Shown here one piece after another: positions 8,913 to 18,461 of a stretch of 64,000 nucleotides of DNA. Source of the stretch: an uncultured Clostridia bacterium (GTDB lineage Bacteria > CAYTYR01 > UBA6262); NCBI GenBank assembly GCA_964441745.1, contig CAYTYR010000007.1:1-64000 (forward strand), in the 5' to 3' direction. The first letter of the stretch is position 1. Each line of letters starts with the position of its first letter. The position numbers were made by a program, and so were the translations under genes. The notes beneath the pieces were generated by a model. The model was not told the DNA's origin. It ran no database searches and was given only the letters and a program-made list of their open reading frames with translations.

Positions 8913-10112
8913 GTGGAGTCTAACTCTATGCTAAAGGGCAAGGAAATAGTCGTCGGGATTACCGGCGGCATTGCCGCATATAAGTCTGCCTATATTGTCA
9001 GCCGACTAAAAAAAGAGCAGGCTAATGTGACTGTCGTCATGACCAAAATGGCCCAGGAGTTTGTGACCCCGCTGACTTTCCAGTCTTTAACTGCCAACCC
9101 GGTCATTACCGACCTGGTAATGACCCCAAAACAATGGGAGATCGAGCATATTGCTTTGGCTAAAAAAGCTGATATTGTGCTCATTGCCCCGGCTACGGCT
9201 AATTTTATTGATAAATGCTCCGCCGGCATAGCTGATGATTTTTTGAGTACGCTGGTCTTGGCGACCAAAGCGCCTATCTTGATCTGCCCGGCGATGAATA
9301 AAAATATGTATGAAAATCAGCTGGTGCAGGAAAATATTCAGAAGCTGATGAAGAGAAAAATGACCATCATTGAACCGGAAACCGGACGATTGGCTTGCGG
9401 CGATGAAGGGGCCGGCCGTTTAGCCAGTGAAGAAAAAATATTAACCGCTATCCGTTCTATTCTCATTCCGCACGCTGATTTCCAGGATAAAACCATACTT
9501 GTTACTGCTGGCCCGACGCAAGAACCTTTGGATGCTATCCGTTTTATTTCCAACCGATCAAGCGGCAAAATGGGCTATGCCCTGGCGAGGGAAGCGGCCC
9601 GGCGCGGGGCTGAAGTGATCCTGGTCACCGGTCCGACTATTTTAACGCCGCCCAAGGAAGCCACAGTCATTCGTGTCCAGACCGCTTTAGAAATGTATGA
9701 ACAGGTTATGGCCCATTACCAGGAGGCAGACATTGTTATTGCTGCCAGTGCCGTCGGTGATTTCCGGCCGCGGAAATTAGTACCGGGAAAGATCAAGAAA
9801 AAAAGTAAATTAAATCTGGAATTGATCGGTAATCCTGACATCCTGCAAGAACTGGGAAAACGCAAAAAGAAACAAATATTGGTTGGTTTTGCCGCCGAAA
9901 GCCACGATTTGCAGGCTAATGCCAGGAAAAAAATGCGGGCCAAAAACTTGGACTTGATCATTGCTAATAAAATTGAAGACGGATTCAACAGAAACACTAA
10001 TAAAGTGATAATGCTGTGGGGGAAGAATGGCCGGAAAGCTTTGCCGGTATTGCCGAAAGAAAAAGTAGCCAAAGAAATTCTTGATAAGATAAGTGAAAAA
10101 ACATCCCCCTAA
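8913..10112 (+). CDS. coaBC: Phosphopantothenoylcysteine decarboxylase/ligase
   Basis: GITGGIAAYK, PAMNKNM, LACGDEGAGR, NRSSGKMG. Confidence 0.97.
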   Translation: MESNSMLKGKEIVVGITGGIAAYKSAYIVSRLKKEQANVTVVMTKMAQEFVTPLTFQSLTANPVITDLVMTPKQWEIEHIALAKKADIVLIAPATANFIDKCSAGIADDFLSTLVLATKAPILICPAMNKNMYENQLVQENIQKLMKRKMTIIEPETGRLACGDEGAGRLASEEKILTAIRSILIPHADFQDKTILVTAGPTQEPLDAIRFISNRSSGKMGYALAREAARRGAEVILVTGPTILTPPKEATVIRVQTALEMYEQVMAHYQEADIVIAASAVGDFRPRKLVPGKIKKKSKLNLELIGNPDILQELGKRKKKQILVGFAAESHDLQANARKKMRAKNLDLIIANKIEDGFNRNTNKVIMLWGKNGRKALPVLPKEKVAKEILDKISEKTSP

Positions 10113-10142
10113 AAAAAGGGGGATTGCTATTTAAGGTGGGAT

Positions 10143-10880
10143 ATGGATAATGAACTGAAGCAGGTGGTCAGGGATTTTAAGGCTTATCTGGAACAGGAGC
10201 AAAGAAAAGGATTGAAGGCTGTGCCGCTGTCTGCCCGGATAAATAAGCCTGGGAAAAAAACGGCCGCCGCTGATCCAGCCGACAGTAAAACACTGGAACA
10301 ATTGCAGCAGCAGTTCGCTGCTTGCCAGAATTGCCCATTAGGAAGCACCAGGAACAAATTTGTTTTTGGCGAGGGCGATCCGCAAGCCAGGTTGATGTTT
10401 ATCGGGGAAGGACCGGGTTTTGATGAAGACCAGACTGGCCGGCCTTTTATCGGCAAAGCCGGTCAGTTACTGACTAAGGCGATAGAAACAACCATTAACC
10501 TGAAACGCGAAGAAGTCTATATCGGTAATATCGTAAAATGCCATCCGATGAAAGACCCAAGTCAACCAACGATACGCGGTAATGACCGCCCGCCAACAGC
10601 GGAAGAAATGCAGGCCTGCCTGCCGCTCATCACCCGGCAAATAGAGCTCATTAAACCGGATATTGTTTGCCTTCTGGGCCGGACGGCAGCCCAAGCTATA
10701 CTTCAATCCACTGCCGGTATTCATGAATTGCGTAATAAATTCCACACCTTGAATTTTGCCGGCAAAGATATTGAATTTATTGCCACTGTCCATCCTGCCA
10801 GTTGCCTGTATGATCCTGCCAATAAGAAATATGTCTGGGAAGATTTCAAAAAAATTAGAGATTTTTTGAAAAGAGCCTAA
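10143..10880 (+). CDS. udg: Family 4 uracil-DNA glycosylase
   Basis: CQNCPL Fe-S cysteines, GEGPG, NIVKC, HPA motifs. Confidence 0.92.
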   Translation: MDNELKQVVRDFKAYLEQEQRKGLKAVPLSARINKPGKKTAAADPADSKTLEQLQQQFAACQNCPLGSTRNKFVFGEGDPQARLMFIGEGPGFDEDQTGRPFIGKAGQLLTKAIETTINLKREEVYIGNIVKCHPMKDPSQPTIRGNDRPPTAEEMQACLPLITRQIELIKPDIVCLLGRTAAQAILQSTAGIHELRNKFHTLNFAGKDIEFIATVHPASCLYDPANKKYVWEDFKKIRDFLKRA

Positions 10881-10883
10881 AGC

Positions 10884-12827
10884 ATGAATAATTTTGCCAA
10901 AGTCATTATTCCCGGCATTGCCCTCGACCGGCTGTTTGATTATGCCGTACCGCTGGAATTCAGGGAAAATATCAAAATTGGACATTTAGTGCAAGTCAAT
11001 TTTGGGCGCCAGGACCTCCAGGCCATAGTTGCAGAATTATTACCAAATAGCAAAATTCCCAAAGCCAAAAATATTCTCAGCTTGGTCTTACCTCAGCCAG
11101 TAGTAACCGCAGCTGTACTAAAACTAACCCGCTGGATAGCCGATCACTATTTTTGTTCCTGGGGTGAGGCTATCGAAGCCTGCCTGATAAAACCAGTAAA
11201 AGCTAAACAGTCAGGACGAAAAGCAGTAACCGCAGGGACAGTGCCGGAGTTGCCGGGATTACTGACCGGAGAGCAAAACAGGACCCTGGAACAATTGAAA
11301 TCTTTACTGCAAGATCCGAATAGTAAACCAGTCTTGTTATGGGGCGGGCTTACTAGTGAGCGGATCAGGATCTATCTGGAACTGGCCGAGGTTTTGCTGA
11401 AAAGCCAGCAGCAGATCCTGATCATTATGCCGCAAATAGAAAGCCTGGCTTTATGGCATCATCACTTTGCTTCGCGGTATCCTGGCCAGGTTATTTCTTT
11501 GCATAGCGGTCTTTCCGCCGGGGAAAAATACCGGTCTTGGGAGGAAATAAGGACAGGGGAAGCCTCCATTATCCTGGGTACCAGGATGGCGCTATTTTAT
11601 AATTTTCCAAAGCTTGGCCTGATGATCATGGAAGATGAGCAGGATGCGGCCTATAAGTCAGACCAAAAACCAATGTACCATACCCGAACCGTTATCGAAA
11701 AAAAAGCGGAATTGGAAAAAACACCCCTGATCATGTCGACGGCTGCTCCTTCAGTAGAAAGTTACTATAAAGGAATAATCGATGAATATAATTTACTGAA
11801 AATCGGTAATCTCTTTGACCTGGAGGCAGTGAAGATAAAAGTGCTGGAATTACAGAAACATATGAAGAAAGACCGGCAGGTTTATCTTAGCCAATCGTTT
11901 ATCCAAGCTATTGAACTGAGGTTAAAGAAGCAGGAGCGGGCGATTGTTTTTGTCAATATGCGGGGTTATTCCACCTATGTGTATTGCCGGGCCTGCAAAT
12001 ATGTCCTGCGCTGTCCCGATTGCGATGTGGCTTTGACTTTAAGCGCGGAAAGAAATAAATTATATTGCCGCTACTGCCAGCATACTCAGAAATATACTAC
12101 TGAATGTCCATCTTGCCATACGCAGCATCTTGAACCGATCGGTTTTGGCGCGGAAACAGTGACCGCGGTGTTACAGGATATTTTCCCGCAGGCCAGGGTC
12201 AAACGGATTGATGCTCAAACCTATGAGCAGGCCAATAACCTGAAAGACATTGATATAATCGTGGGCACACAAGTCTTAAACAAGTATGACCATTTTCCCA
12301 AAACCACTTTTCTGGGGGTATTACTTATTGATCTTTTGCTAAACCTGCCGGATTTCCGGGCTGCCGAACATACCTTCCAGAATTTTATCGGGTTGGTCCA
12401 GCGCCTGGATAGCGCCAAAGGAGAATGTGAGGTGGTCATCCAGGCTGAGAACGTGGATCATTACCTGCTGGGATCAATAAAGAACCAGGATTGGGCCAGT
12501 TTTTACCGGCAGGAACTGGAATTCCGTAAACAACTGAAATATCCGCCTTTTGGGAGTCTGGCCCAGGTCGAGATCAGGGGAACCGATCAAGACAAAGTAG
12601 AAAAGATAGCCTTGGAATTGGCGGAGAAGTTCAGGAAATCGACGATTAAAGTATATGGCCCGGCTCCTTCCTTTAGGGCTAAACTGCGGGGGCAATACCG
12701 CCAGCATATTATGCTGAAATCAGCCAGCCACAACGCTTTGATCAAAGTATTGCAAAAAGTGAAACCGAACAAGCGCACCGCGGCGATCACTATAAGTACA
12801 GATGTCGATCCAGTGGAAGTGCTTTAG
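10884..12827 (+). CDS. priA: Primosomal protein N' with degenerate helicase motifs
   Basis: N-terminal LFDYAVP, four CxxC pairs, YPPF and DVDP C-terminus; Walker A and motif VI degenerate. Confidence 0.9.
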   Translation: MNNFAKVIIPGIALDRLFDYAVPLEFRENIKIGHLVQVNFGRQDLQAIVAELLPNSKIPKAKNILSLVLPQPVVTAAVLKLTRWIADHYFCSWGEAIEACLIKPVKAKQSGRKAVTAGTVPELPGLLTGEQNRTLEQLKSLLQDPNSKPVLLWGGLTSERIRIYLELAEVLLKSQQQILIIMPQIESLALWHHHFASRYPGQVISLHSGLSAGEKYRSWEEIRTGEASIILGTRMALFYNFPKLGLMIMEDEQDAAYKSDQKPMYHTRTVIEKKAELEKTPLIMSTAAPSVESYYKGIIDEYNLLKIGNLFDLEAVKIKVLELQKHMKKDRQVYLSQSFIQAIELRLKKQERAIVFVNMRGYSTYVYCRACKYVLRCPDCDVALTLSAERNKLYCRYCQHTQKYTTECPSCHTQHLEPIGFGAETVTAVLQDIFPQARVKRIDAQTYEQANNLKDIDIIVGTQVLNKYDHFPKTTFLGVLLIDLLLNLPDFRAAEHTFQNFIGLVQRLDSAKGECEVVIQAENVDHYLLGSIKNQDWASFYRQELEFRKQLKYPPFGSLAQVEIRGTDQDKVEKIALELAEKFRKSTIKVYGPAPSFRAKLRGQYRQHIMLKSASHNALIKVLQKVKPNKRTAAITISTDVDPVEVL

Positions 12828-12849
12828 GAGTAATAACTAATAAGAAGCA

Positions 12850-12984
12850 GTAGTAAGGTGAAGGTTTTAGAAGTAGGTATAGAAGTAAGTCTAAAGCTTG
12901 TGGTTTAGAGCCTAATACCCTTAGACCTAAGACCAAACTTACTTCCAAAACTTACACCTATTAACTGTTCCTCGTATTGACTGT
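12850..12984. repeat. Intergenic hexamer-period quasi-palindrome (family A, copy 1)
   Basis: GAAGTAGGTATAGAAGTAAGTCTAAAG...AGACCTAAGACCAAACTTACTTCCAAAAC; similar to 32880, 51465, 56701 (inverted), 62685. Confidence 0.85.
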
Positions 12985-13004
12985 ATTTAGCAAAGGGAGC
13001 GGGT

Positions 13005-13292
13005 ATGAATAAATATCTAACTGTATTGAAAGTGGCGGCGCGGACATTTTTGATCATTTTCCTGCTAAGCTGCATCGGCCAATTTGTGTTTGACCATGCC
13101 TATGGAAAGGGTGCTCCGTTTGCTTTTGGTAATAAATTTTACTTTTTTAACCGGGCTAAATCATTATTGCCGATATCTCCTGACTTGTACGCCAAGGCGG
13201 CGACCTTGGAAGAGCTATTTTACGGTTCACTGGTATTAGCTATGCTGTTAAATGTCTTATATGAGTACGAAAAACGGAAAATGAAGCTTTAA
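13005..13292 (+). CDS. Small hypothetical membrane protein
   Basis: GGAG RBS; two hydrophobic segments. Confidence 0.6.
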   Translation: MNKYLTVLKVAARTFLIIFLLSCIGQFVFDHAYGKGAPFAFGNKFYFFNRAKSLLPISPDLYAKAATLEELFYGSLVLAMLLNVLYEYEKRKMKL

Positions 13293-13304
13293 TGGGCAAA
13301 TATC

Positions 13305-13333
13305 TTGACAAAAACAGATATTTCTGCTAAATT
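13305..13333 (+). promoter_or_regulatory. Sigma70-type promoter of candidate sRNA
   Basis: TTGACA-17 nt-TAAATT with TG extended -10. Confidence 0.65.
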
Positions 13334-13337
13334 TATA

Positions 13338-13480
13338 TTAGTCATATGAAAGACGTATAGTCACGGAGACTGCCACGGCGTCAAAGATATGACTAAACTT
13401 GGGAAGGTAACAGCGTGATTTTCCCAGGTTTCCTAGCCAGGGAACCGGGTCTACTTTAACTAAGTAGACCCGATTCATTT
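13338..13480 (+). ncRNA. Candidate structured small RNA
   Basis: Perfect 10-bp stem 13338-13347/13387-13396, further stems, final 11-bp hairpin 13446-13472; no family recognised. Confidence 0.5.
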
Positions 13481-13519
13481 ATATGAGGGACGATTACACG
13501 GCATAGATATTATTTTTAA

Positions 13520-13548
13520 TTGACAATCAGGTTAAACTAGTATATAAT
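13520..13548 (+). promoter_or_regulatory. Consensus sigma70 promoter of the def-fmt operon
   Basis: TTGACA-17 nt-TATAAT. Confidence 0.8.
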
Positions 13549-13621
13549 TATTGAGGCAATCTTCCAATAAGGGGGATTGCCTTAAATTATTTTTTTTTAA
13601 GTATTGGTTTAAGGGTGTTTT

Positions 13622-14119
13622 ATGAGTAGTTTGAACATAAAAACCTACGGGGATCCATGTCTCCGTAGGAAAAATGAAGATATAAAACAAGTCACGCCAG
13701 AGGTCGTAAAATTGGTGAATGATATGCTGGAGACTATGTATGCCTATAAAGGTGTAGGGTTAGCGGCACCCCAGGTAGGAGTGAATAAGAATCTGGTAGT
13801 GGTTGATGTTGGTGATGTATCAGGTAAACATGAGCTGGTTGTCCTGATCAATCCTGTTCTGCTTTCTAAAGAAGGGATAGAGATCATGGAAGAAGGCTGC
13901 TTGTCGTGTCCCAGAGTATCAGTAAAAGTAAAACGGGCTAAAAAGACCGTGGTCCAGGCCATCAACCAGAAGGGTGAAAAGATCATCCGTGAAGACAGCG
14001 GCTTCTTAGCGCGGGCGATCCAGCACGAGATGGACCATTTAAAGGGTAAATTGATCGTTGATTTTGCCGGGTTCTTCGAGAAAATAAAACTCAAGAGCAA
14101 GATGAATAAAAAGAGTTAG
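13622..14119 (+). CDS. def: Peptide deformylase
   Basis: GVGLAAPQVG, EGCLS, QHEMDHL. Confidence 0.97.
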   Translation: MSSLNIKTYGDPCLRRKNEDIKQVTPEVVKLVNDMLETMYAYKGVGLAAPQVGVNKNLVVVDVGDVSGKHELVVLINPVLLSKEGIEIMEEGCLSCPRVSVKVKRAKKTVVQAINQKGEKIIREDSGFLARAIQHEMDHLKGKLIVDFAGFFEKIKLKSKMNKKS

Positions 14120-14135
14120 AATTTAGGATATTAAC

Positions 14136-15095
14136 ATGCGGGTTATTTTCATGGGTACGCCCAAATACGCGGTGCCTTTCCTGCAGTCGCTATTGGATCT
14201 GGGAGAGGACGTAGTCGGTGTAGTGACCATGCCGGATAAACCGGTTGGGCGAAAGCAGGAAATACAAGAACCTCCAGTCAAAGTATTAGCCAAAAAAAAG
14301 AATATCCCGGTATTCCAGCCGGCAAAAATAAATGAAACCAGTTCTTTGGAATCTTTAAAGAGTTTCAATGCTGACCTCGCCGTCGTAGTTGGATTTGGAC
14401 AAATATTGAGCCAGAAATTATTAGACCTGCCAAAAAATGGCACGATCAATGTCCATTTTTCCCTTTTGCCAAAATACAGGGGTGCCAGCCCGATCCAGGC
14501 CGCGATCATTAATGGGGAAGAAAAGACCGGCATTTCTACCATGTTCCTGGTGAGAAAATTGGACAGCGGCCCCGTACTACTGCAAAGAGAGGTACCTATT
14601 GATCGTAAAGATACCTCTGTCACCCTGACAGAAAAACTGACTCAGGTTGGGATCGAGGTCCTGCAAGAGACCGTAGCTCTGATCAAACAAGGTAAAGCGG
14701 AAGCCAAGCCGCAGGATGAATCACAATCATCCTATGCTCCTCTGCTGGTTAAGGAAAGCGGCTTAATAGATTGGAAAAAGAAATCCAACGAATTATATAA
14801 TTTTATCCGTGGGATGTATCCCTGGCCGGGAACATTCACGTTTTATGAACACAATGGCCAGAAACACCTGCTTAAAGTATGGGAAGCAGAAGAAGTGCCC
14901 AGAATTGAACTAGACCATAATAAGGCAGTTAGCGGGACGATCCTGGATGTGCTGAAGAACCATGGTTTTGCGGTAAAGTGCGGACAGGGCGGACTACTTC
15001 TAACCAAAGTGCAGTCTGAAGGCGGCAAGGTGATGCCAGCTTATAATTTTGTCCTTGGCCATCATCTCAAAAAGGGTGATATACTAGGAAAATAA
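14136..15095 (+). CDS. fmt: Methionyl-tRNA formyltransferase
   Basis: FMGTP, NVHFSLLPKYRGASPI. Confidence 0.97.
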   Translation: MRVIFMGTPKYAVPFLQSLLDLGEDVVGVVTMPDKPVGRKQEIQEPPVKVLAKKKNIPVFQPAKINETSSLESLKSFNADLAVVVGFGQILSQKLLDLPKNGTINVHFSLLPKYRGASPIQAAIINGEEKTGISTMFLVRKLDSGPVLLQREVPIDRKDTSVTLTEKLTQVGIEVLQETVALIKQGKAEAKPQDESQSSYAPLLVKESGLIDWKKKSNELYNFIRGMYPWPGTFTFYEHNGQKHLLKVWEAEEVPRIELDHNKAVSGTILDVLKNHGFAVKCGQGGLLLTKVQSEGGKVMPAYNFVLGHHLKKGDILGK

Positions 15096-15096
15096 A

Positions 15097-15603
15097 ATGA
15101 CATGGTTGATTTACAATATCTATTTTCCGCTGGTTTTGTTTGCCGGTAAGATATTCCGGATCACTCCGGATAAAACGGAACAATACCTGGTCAAACTGAA
15201 TAATACCTGGCGCAGTAAAGGAAAAAGAAAAGCAGAAAGAATATTAATCCTTACTCCTAGATGCCTGCAAAATAAAGATTGTCAGAATAATGTGGTTGAA
15301 GACGCGCAAAATTGTCTTAAATGCGGCAAATGCAAAGTTAAAGATCTGCTGGCTTTAAGTGAAAAATATCAGATCAAGCTGGTTGTAGCGACCGGGGGAA
15401 GACTAGCTCGTCAGGTTCTGGCCGAGACTAAGGCCGATACGGTGATCGCGGTAGCCTGTGAAAAGGAACTGGCCAGCGGCATTATTGATACCTATCCGGT
15501 AGTAGTTCATGCTGTGCTTAACCAACGGCCATATGGCCAGTGCGTCAACACGGATGTAGGAATAGATGAAGTAGAACAGATCATTCAGCGTATTTTAAAG
15601 TAA
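15097..15603 (+). CDS. DUF116 family protein
   Basis: PRCLQ..C, CLKCGKC, ATGG, VACEKEL; typical position after fmt. Confidence 0.8.
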   Translation: MTWLIYNIYFPLVLFAGKIFRITPDKTEQYLVKLNNTWRSKGKRKAERILILTPRCLQNKDCQNNVVEDAQNCLKCGKCKVKDLLALSEKYQIKLVVATGGRLARQVLAETKADTVIAVACEKELASGIIDTYPVVVHAVLNQRPYGQCVNTDVGIDEVEQIIQRILK

Positions 15604-15625
15604 GTCTGCAGGAGGAATAAATTGT

Positions 15626-16507
15626 ATGAATTCAATTAAAACCTTCGGTTTGATGTTTGTCTTAATATTATTATTTACCTGGGCTGGCCGGGCCATTGGC
15701 GGGCAACAGGGTATGATCATGGCCTTTATGTTTGCCTTGGCGACAAATTTATTTATGTACTGGTTTAGTGACTCCATAGTTTTGATGATGTATAAGGCGA
15801 AACTCGTCAAAGAAGAAGACGCGGCAGATCTTTACAAAATGATCAAGAACCTGACCATCAAAGCGAATCTGCCGCTGCCGAAAGTATATATCGTGGAAAA
15901 TCCAACACCTAATGCTTTTGCCACTGGCCGTAACCCGCAGCATGCGGCAGTAGCTGTCACTAGAGGCATCTTAGATGTTTTAAGCCCGGCAGAATTGGAA
16001 GGTGTTATTGCGCACGAATTGAGCCATATCAGGCATCGTGACATTCTGCTGGCCACTATTGCTGCCACCTTTGCCGGAGCGATTACTATGCTGGCCAGGT
16101 TGGGGCAATTTGGTATGATGTTCGGCGGTATGGGCCGGGATAGGGATAATGAAGGTGGCGGTGGATTAGGAGCCCTACTCATGATCCTATTGGCGCCCTT
16201 AGCCGCGATCTTGATCCAGATGTCTATCTCCCGTTCACGTGAATATCTGGCTGACGCAGGCAGTGCTGAAATCACCGGCCGGCCTTTGTTGTTGGCTGAA
16301 GCCTTAAAGAAACTGGTTGAAGCCGGAAAGCAGATACCCATGGCTGCTAATCCAAGCACCGCGCATATGTTTATCGTAAATCCTTTAACTGGCGCAGGAT
16401 TGGTTAATTTATTCAGTACCCATCCTCCCCTGGCCAAGCGGATAGCGTTACTAGAGAAAATAGATCAAGATTTTAAAATGTCGGGGATGCCTAAAATAAT
16501 CTCATGA
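15626..16507 (+). CDS. htpX: Zinc metalloprotease HtpX
   Basis: PNAFATGRNP, AHELSH, SRSREYLAD, STHPP. Confidence 0.95.
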   Translation: MNSIKTFGLMFVLILLFTWAGRAIGGQQGMIMAFMFALATNLFMYWFSDSIVLMMYKAKLVKEEDAADLYKMIKNLTIKANLPLPKVYIVENPTPNAFATGRNPQHAAVAVTRGILDVLSPAELEGVIAHELSHIRHRDILLATIAATFAGAITMLARLGQFGMMFGGMGRDRDNEGGGGLGALLMILLAPLAAILIQMSISRSREYLADAGSAEITGRPLLLAEALKKLVEAGKQIPMAANPSTAHMFIVNPLTGAGLVNLFSTHPPLAKRIALLEKIDQDFKMSGMPKIIS

Positions 16508-17451
16508 AAAATAAAAAAATTACCCGGATCATTATATCCACAGTTATTATTCTCAGTGTATTGTATTTTTTGGTCAACCTGGTGATGTTCATGTTGATCA
16601 GGAATGATGCGGACGTGGAAGCGCCTGACTTAACCGGACTTATGTTAGCAGAGGGATATGATAAATTGACCGCTTTGCACTTATTCCTGGTGAAAGACGG
16701 GGAACAATATAATACTTCTATCTCGACTGGCGCGATAATTTCCCAGGTGCCATTCCCAGGAAGCAAGGTTAAAGCCGGCCGGAAAATAAAAGTCATCGTA
16801 AGTCTCGGATCAGAAAAAGTAGATACCCCGAATGTTATTAATAAGTCCTGGCGCGATGCGGAAATAATTCTGCGCCAGGCTGGGCTGATCGTTGGAGATA
16901 CTTTACGGATCTATGCCAGTCAGGAACAAGATACCGTTATTATCCAAGACCCTGTATCCGGGACTTCCCTGGAAAAGGGCAGTAGTGTCAATCTGATTGT
17001 CAGCGCTGGCCCGATTGGGGAAGGGGCTCTTATGCCTAATCTGCTGAGCCGTCCTTATAACCAGGTAGACCGGCTCATCAAGCTCATGGGATTAAAGCTT
17101 GATCAGGTTACCACTGAAACAAATGATAATATTAATTCCGGGACAGTTATCTCACAAATACCTGAGGCTAACACTCCGCTGACGAACAGTACAGTTATCT
17201 CCCTGGTCATTAGCGTCAAATCAGGGGAAGAACTTATCTCCCCGGCGGTGAAGATGATCCATTATGAAGTAGCGCAAGGATTGCTGGAAAAACGGGTCCG
17301 CATCACGGTGACAGATGAGGACGGGGAAAGAGAAGTATTTGACCAGGCGCAAGCGCCAGGTACAAAGCTAAATGTCGTGGCCAGCGTGAAAGGCCAAGCT
17401 AAAGCAAAAATATATGTAAATGAAGTATTAGTTGAGGAAAGGCAGTTGTAA
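16504..17451 (+). CDS. Membrane-anchored PASTA-domain protein (3 PASTA repeats, no kinase)
   Basis: N-terminal TM; repeated (V/M)PNL/I...IISQ.P..G...V.L.VS units. Confidence 0.85.
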   Translation: MKNKKITRIIISTVIILSVLYFLVNLVMFMLIRNDADVEAPDLTGLMLAEGYDKLTALHLFLVKDGEQYNTSISTGAIISQVPFPGSKVKAGRKIKVIVSLGSEKVDTPNVINKSWRDAEIILRQAGLIVGDTLRIYASQEQDTVIIQDPVSGTSLEKGSSVNLIVSAGPIGEGALMPNLLSRPYNQVDRLIKLMGLKLDQVTTETNDNINSGTVISQIPEANTPLTNSTVISLVISVKSGEELISPAVKMIHYEVAQGLLEKRVRITVTDEDGEREVFDQAQAPGTKLNVVASVKGQAKAKIYVNEVLVEERQL

Positions 17452-18110
17452 TGATCAAGATCGCTCCATCCATCTTAAATTGTGACCTGAGCCGCCTGGC
17501 TGAAGAAGTGAAGCTGCTGGAAGAGGGCGGGGCAGATTGGCTGCATTTAGATATCATGGATGGCGTATTTGTCCCTAACCTGACAATCGGGCCGCCGGTG
17601 ATCAAATCATTGCGCCAGAAAACAAAATTGCCATTTGACGCGCACTTGATGATCGCTGATCCGGAAAAATATATCCAGGACTATGTTGATGCTGGTTGCG
17701 ATATGATCACGGTTCATACAGAAGCGACAAAAAATTTAGGACGCACCATCGCTAAGATCAAAAAAGCCGGGTTAAAAGCGGGTATCTCCATTAAACCCAA
17801 AACAGCTCCGGAGATCATTGCTCCCTGGTTGAAAAAAGTTGACTTGGTACTGGTGATGACAGTGGAACCAGGTTTTGGCGGGCAGGAGTTCATGTCGTCC
17901 ATGCTGCCTAAGATCAGGACCATAAAAAAAATGATCTCTCCAGGGAAGAAAAAAATAGAGTTGGCAGTTGACGGCGGGATCAGTGATAAAAACATAGAGC
18001 AGGTAGTAGCTGCCGGCGCTGGTTTTATTGTCGCTGGCAGTTACGTTTTTAAAAGTAAAAATGTAAAAAAAGCGATCCAGGTATTGAGAGATATGGCAGA
18101 AAAAATATAA
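17451..18110 (+). CDS. rpe: Ribulose-phosphate 3-epimerase
   Basis: IAPSIL, HLDIMDG, MTVEPGFGGQ, VDGGI. Confidence 0.97.
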   Translation: MIKIAPSILNCDLSRLAEEVKLLEEGGADWLHLDIMDGVFVPNLTIGPPVIKSLRQKTKLPFDAHLMIADPEKYIQDYVDAGCDMITVHTEATKNLGRTIAKIKKAGLKAGISIKPKTAPEIIAPWLKKVDLVLVMTVEPGFGGQEFMSSMLPKIRTIKKMISPGKKKIELAVDGGISDKNIEQVVAAGAGFIVAGSYVFKSKNVKKAIQVLRDMAEKI

Positions 18111-18130
18111 CAGAAAACGAGGTGTTCACA

Positions 18131-18376
18131 GTGGCATTGAAATTGAAATTGCAACGCAAAGGAGCCCCGCATCGGGCTTTCTACCGGTTAGTAGCGCAGG
18201 ATGAATCAAGGGCCAGCAGCGGTAAAGTAGTGGCGATTCTGGGGCAGTACAGCCAGTTTACCAGCCCACGCTTGACTGGATTGAAACAGGAAGAAATCAT
18301 GGCCTGGTATAAAAAAGGAGCAAAACCGACCAATACGGTTAAAAAAATATTGCTTCAGGCCGGCATCAAGCTGTAA
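18131..18376 (+). CDS. rpsP: 30S ribosomal protein S16
   Basis: LKLQRKG....FYRLVA; GAKPTNTV; GTG start after GAGG. Confidence 0.92.
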   Translation: MALKLKLQRKGAPHRAFYRLVAQDESRASSGKVVAILGQYSQFTSPRLTGLKQEEIMAWYKKGAKPTNTVKKILLQAGIKL

Positions 18377-18379
18377 AGC

Positions 18380-18427
18380 GCTTATAGCTCATAGCTAATG
18401 GCTTAGTGCAGCCATACGCTATCTGCG
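18380..18427. repeat. Heptamer-period quasi-palindrome (family B)
   Basis: GCTTATA GCTCATA GCTAATG GCT ... AGCCATA CGCTATC TGC. Confidence 0.6.
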
Positions 18428-18461
18428 TTCTTTATTTTTAGCGCGTTATATTGAGGGGGGT

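Noticed and set aside
13338-13400. Guanidine-II, ZTP or c-di-GMP riboswitch
   Set aside because: An ACGG-containing loop is present, but the paired ACGR hairpins and other class consensus features are not
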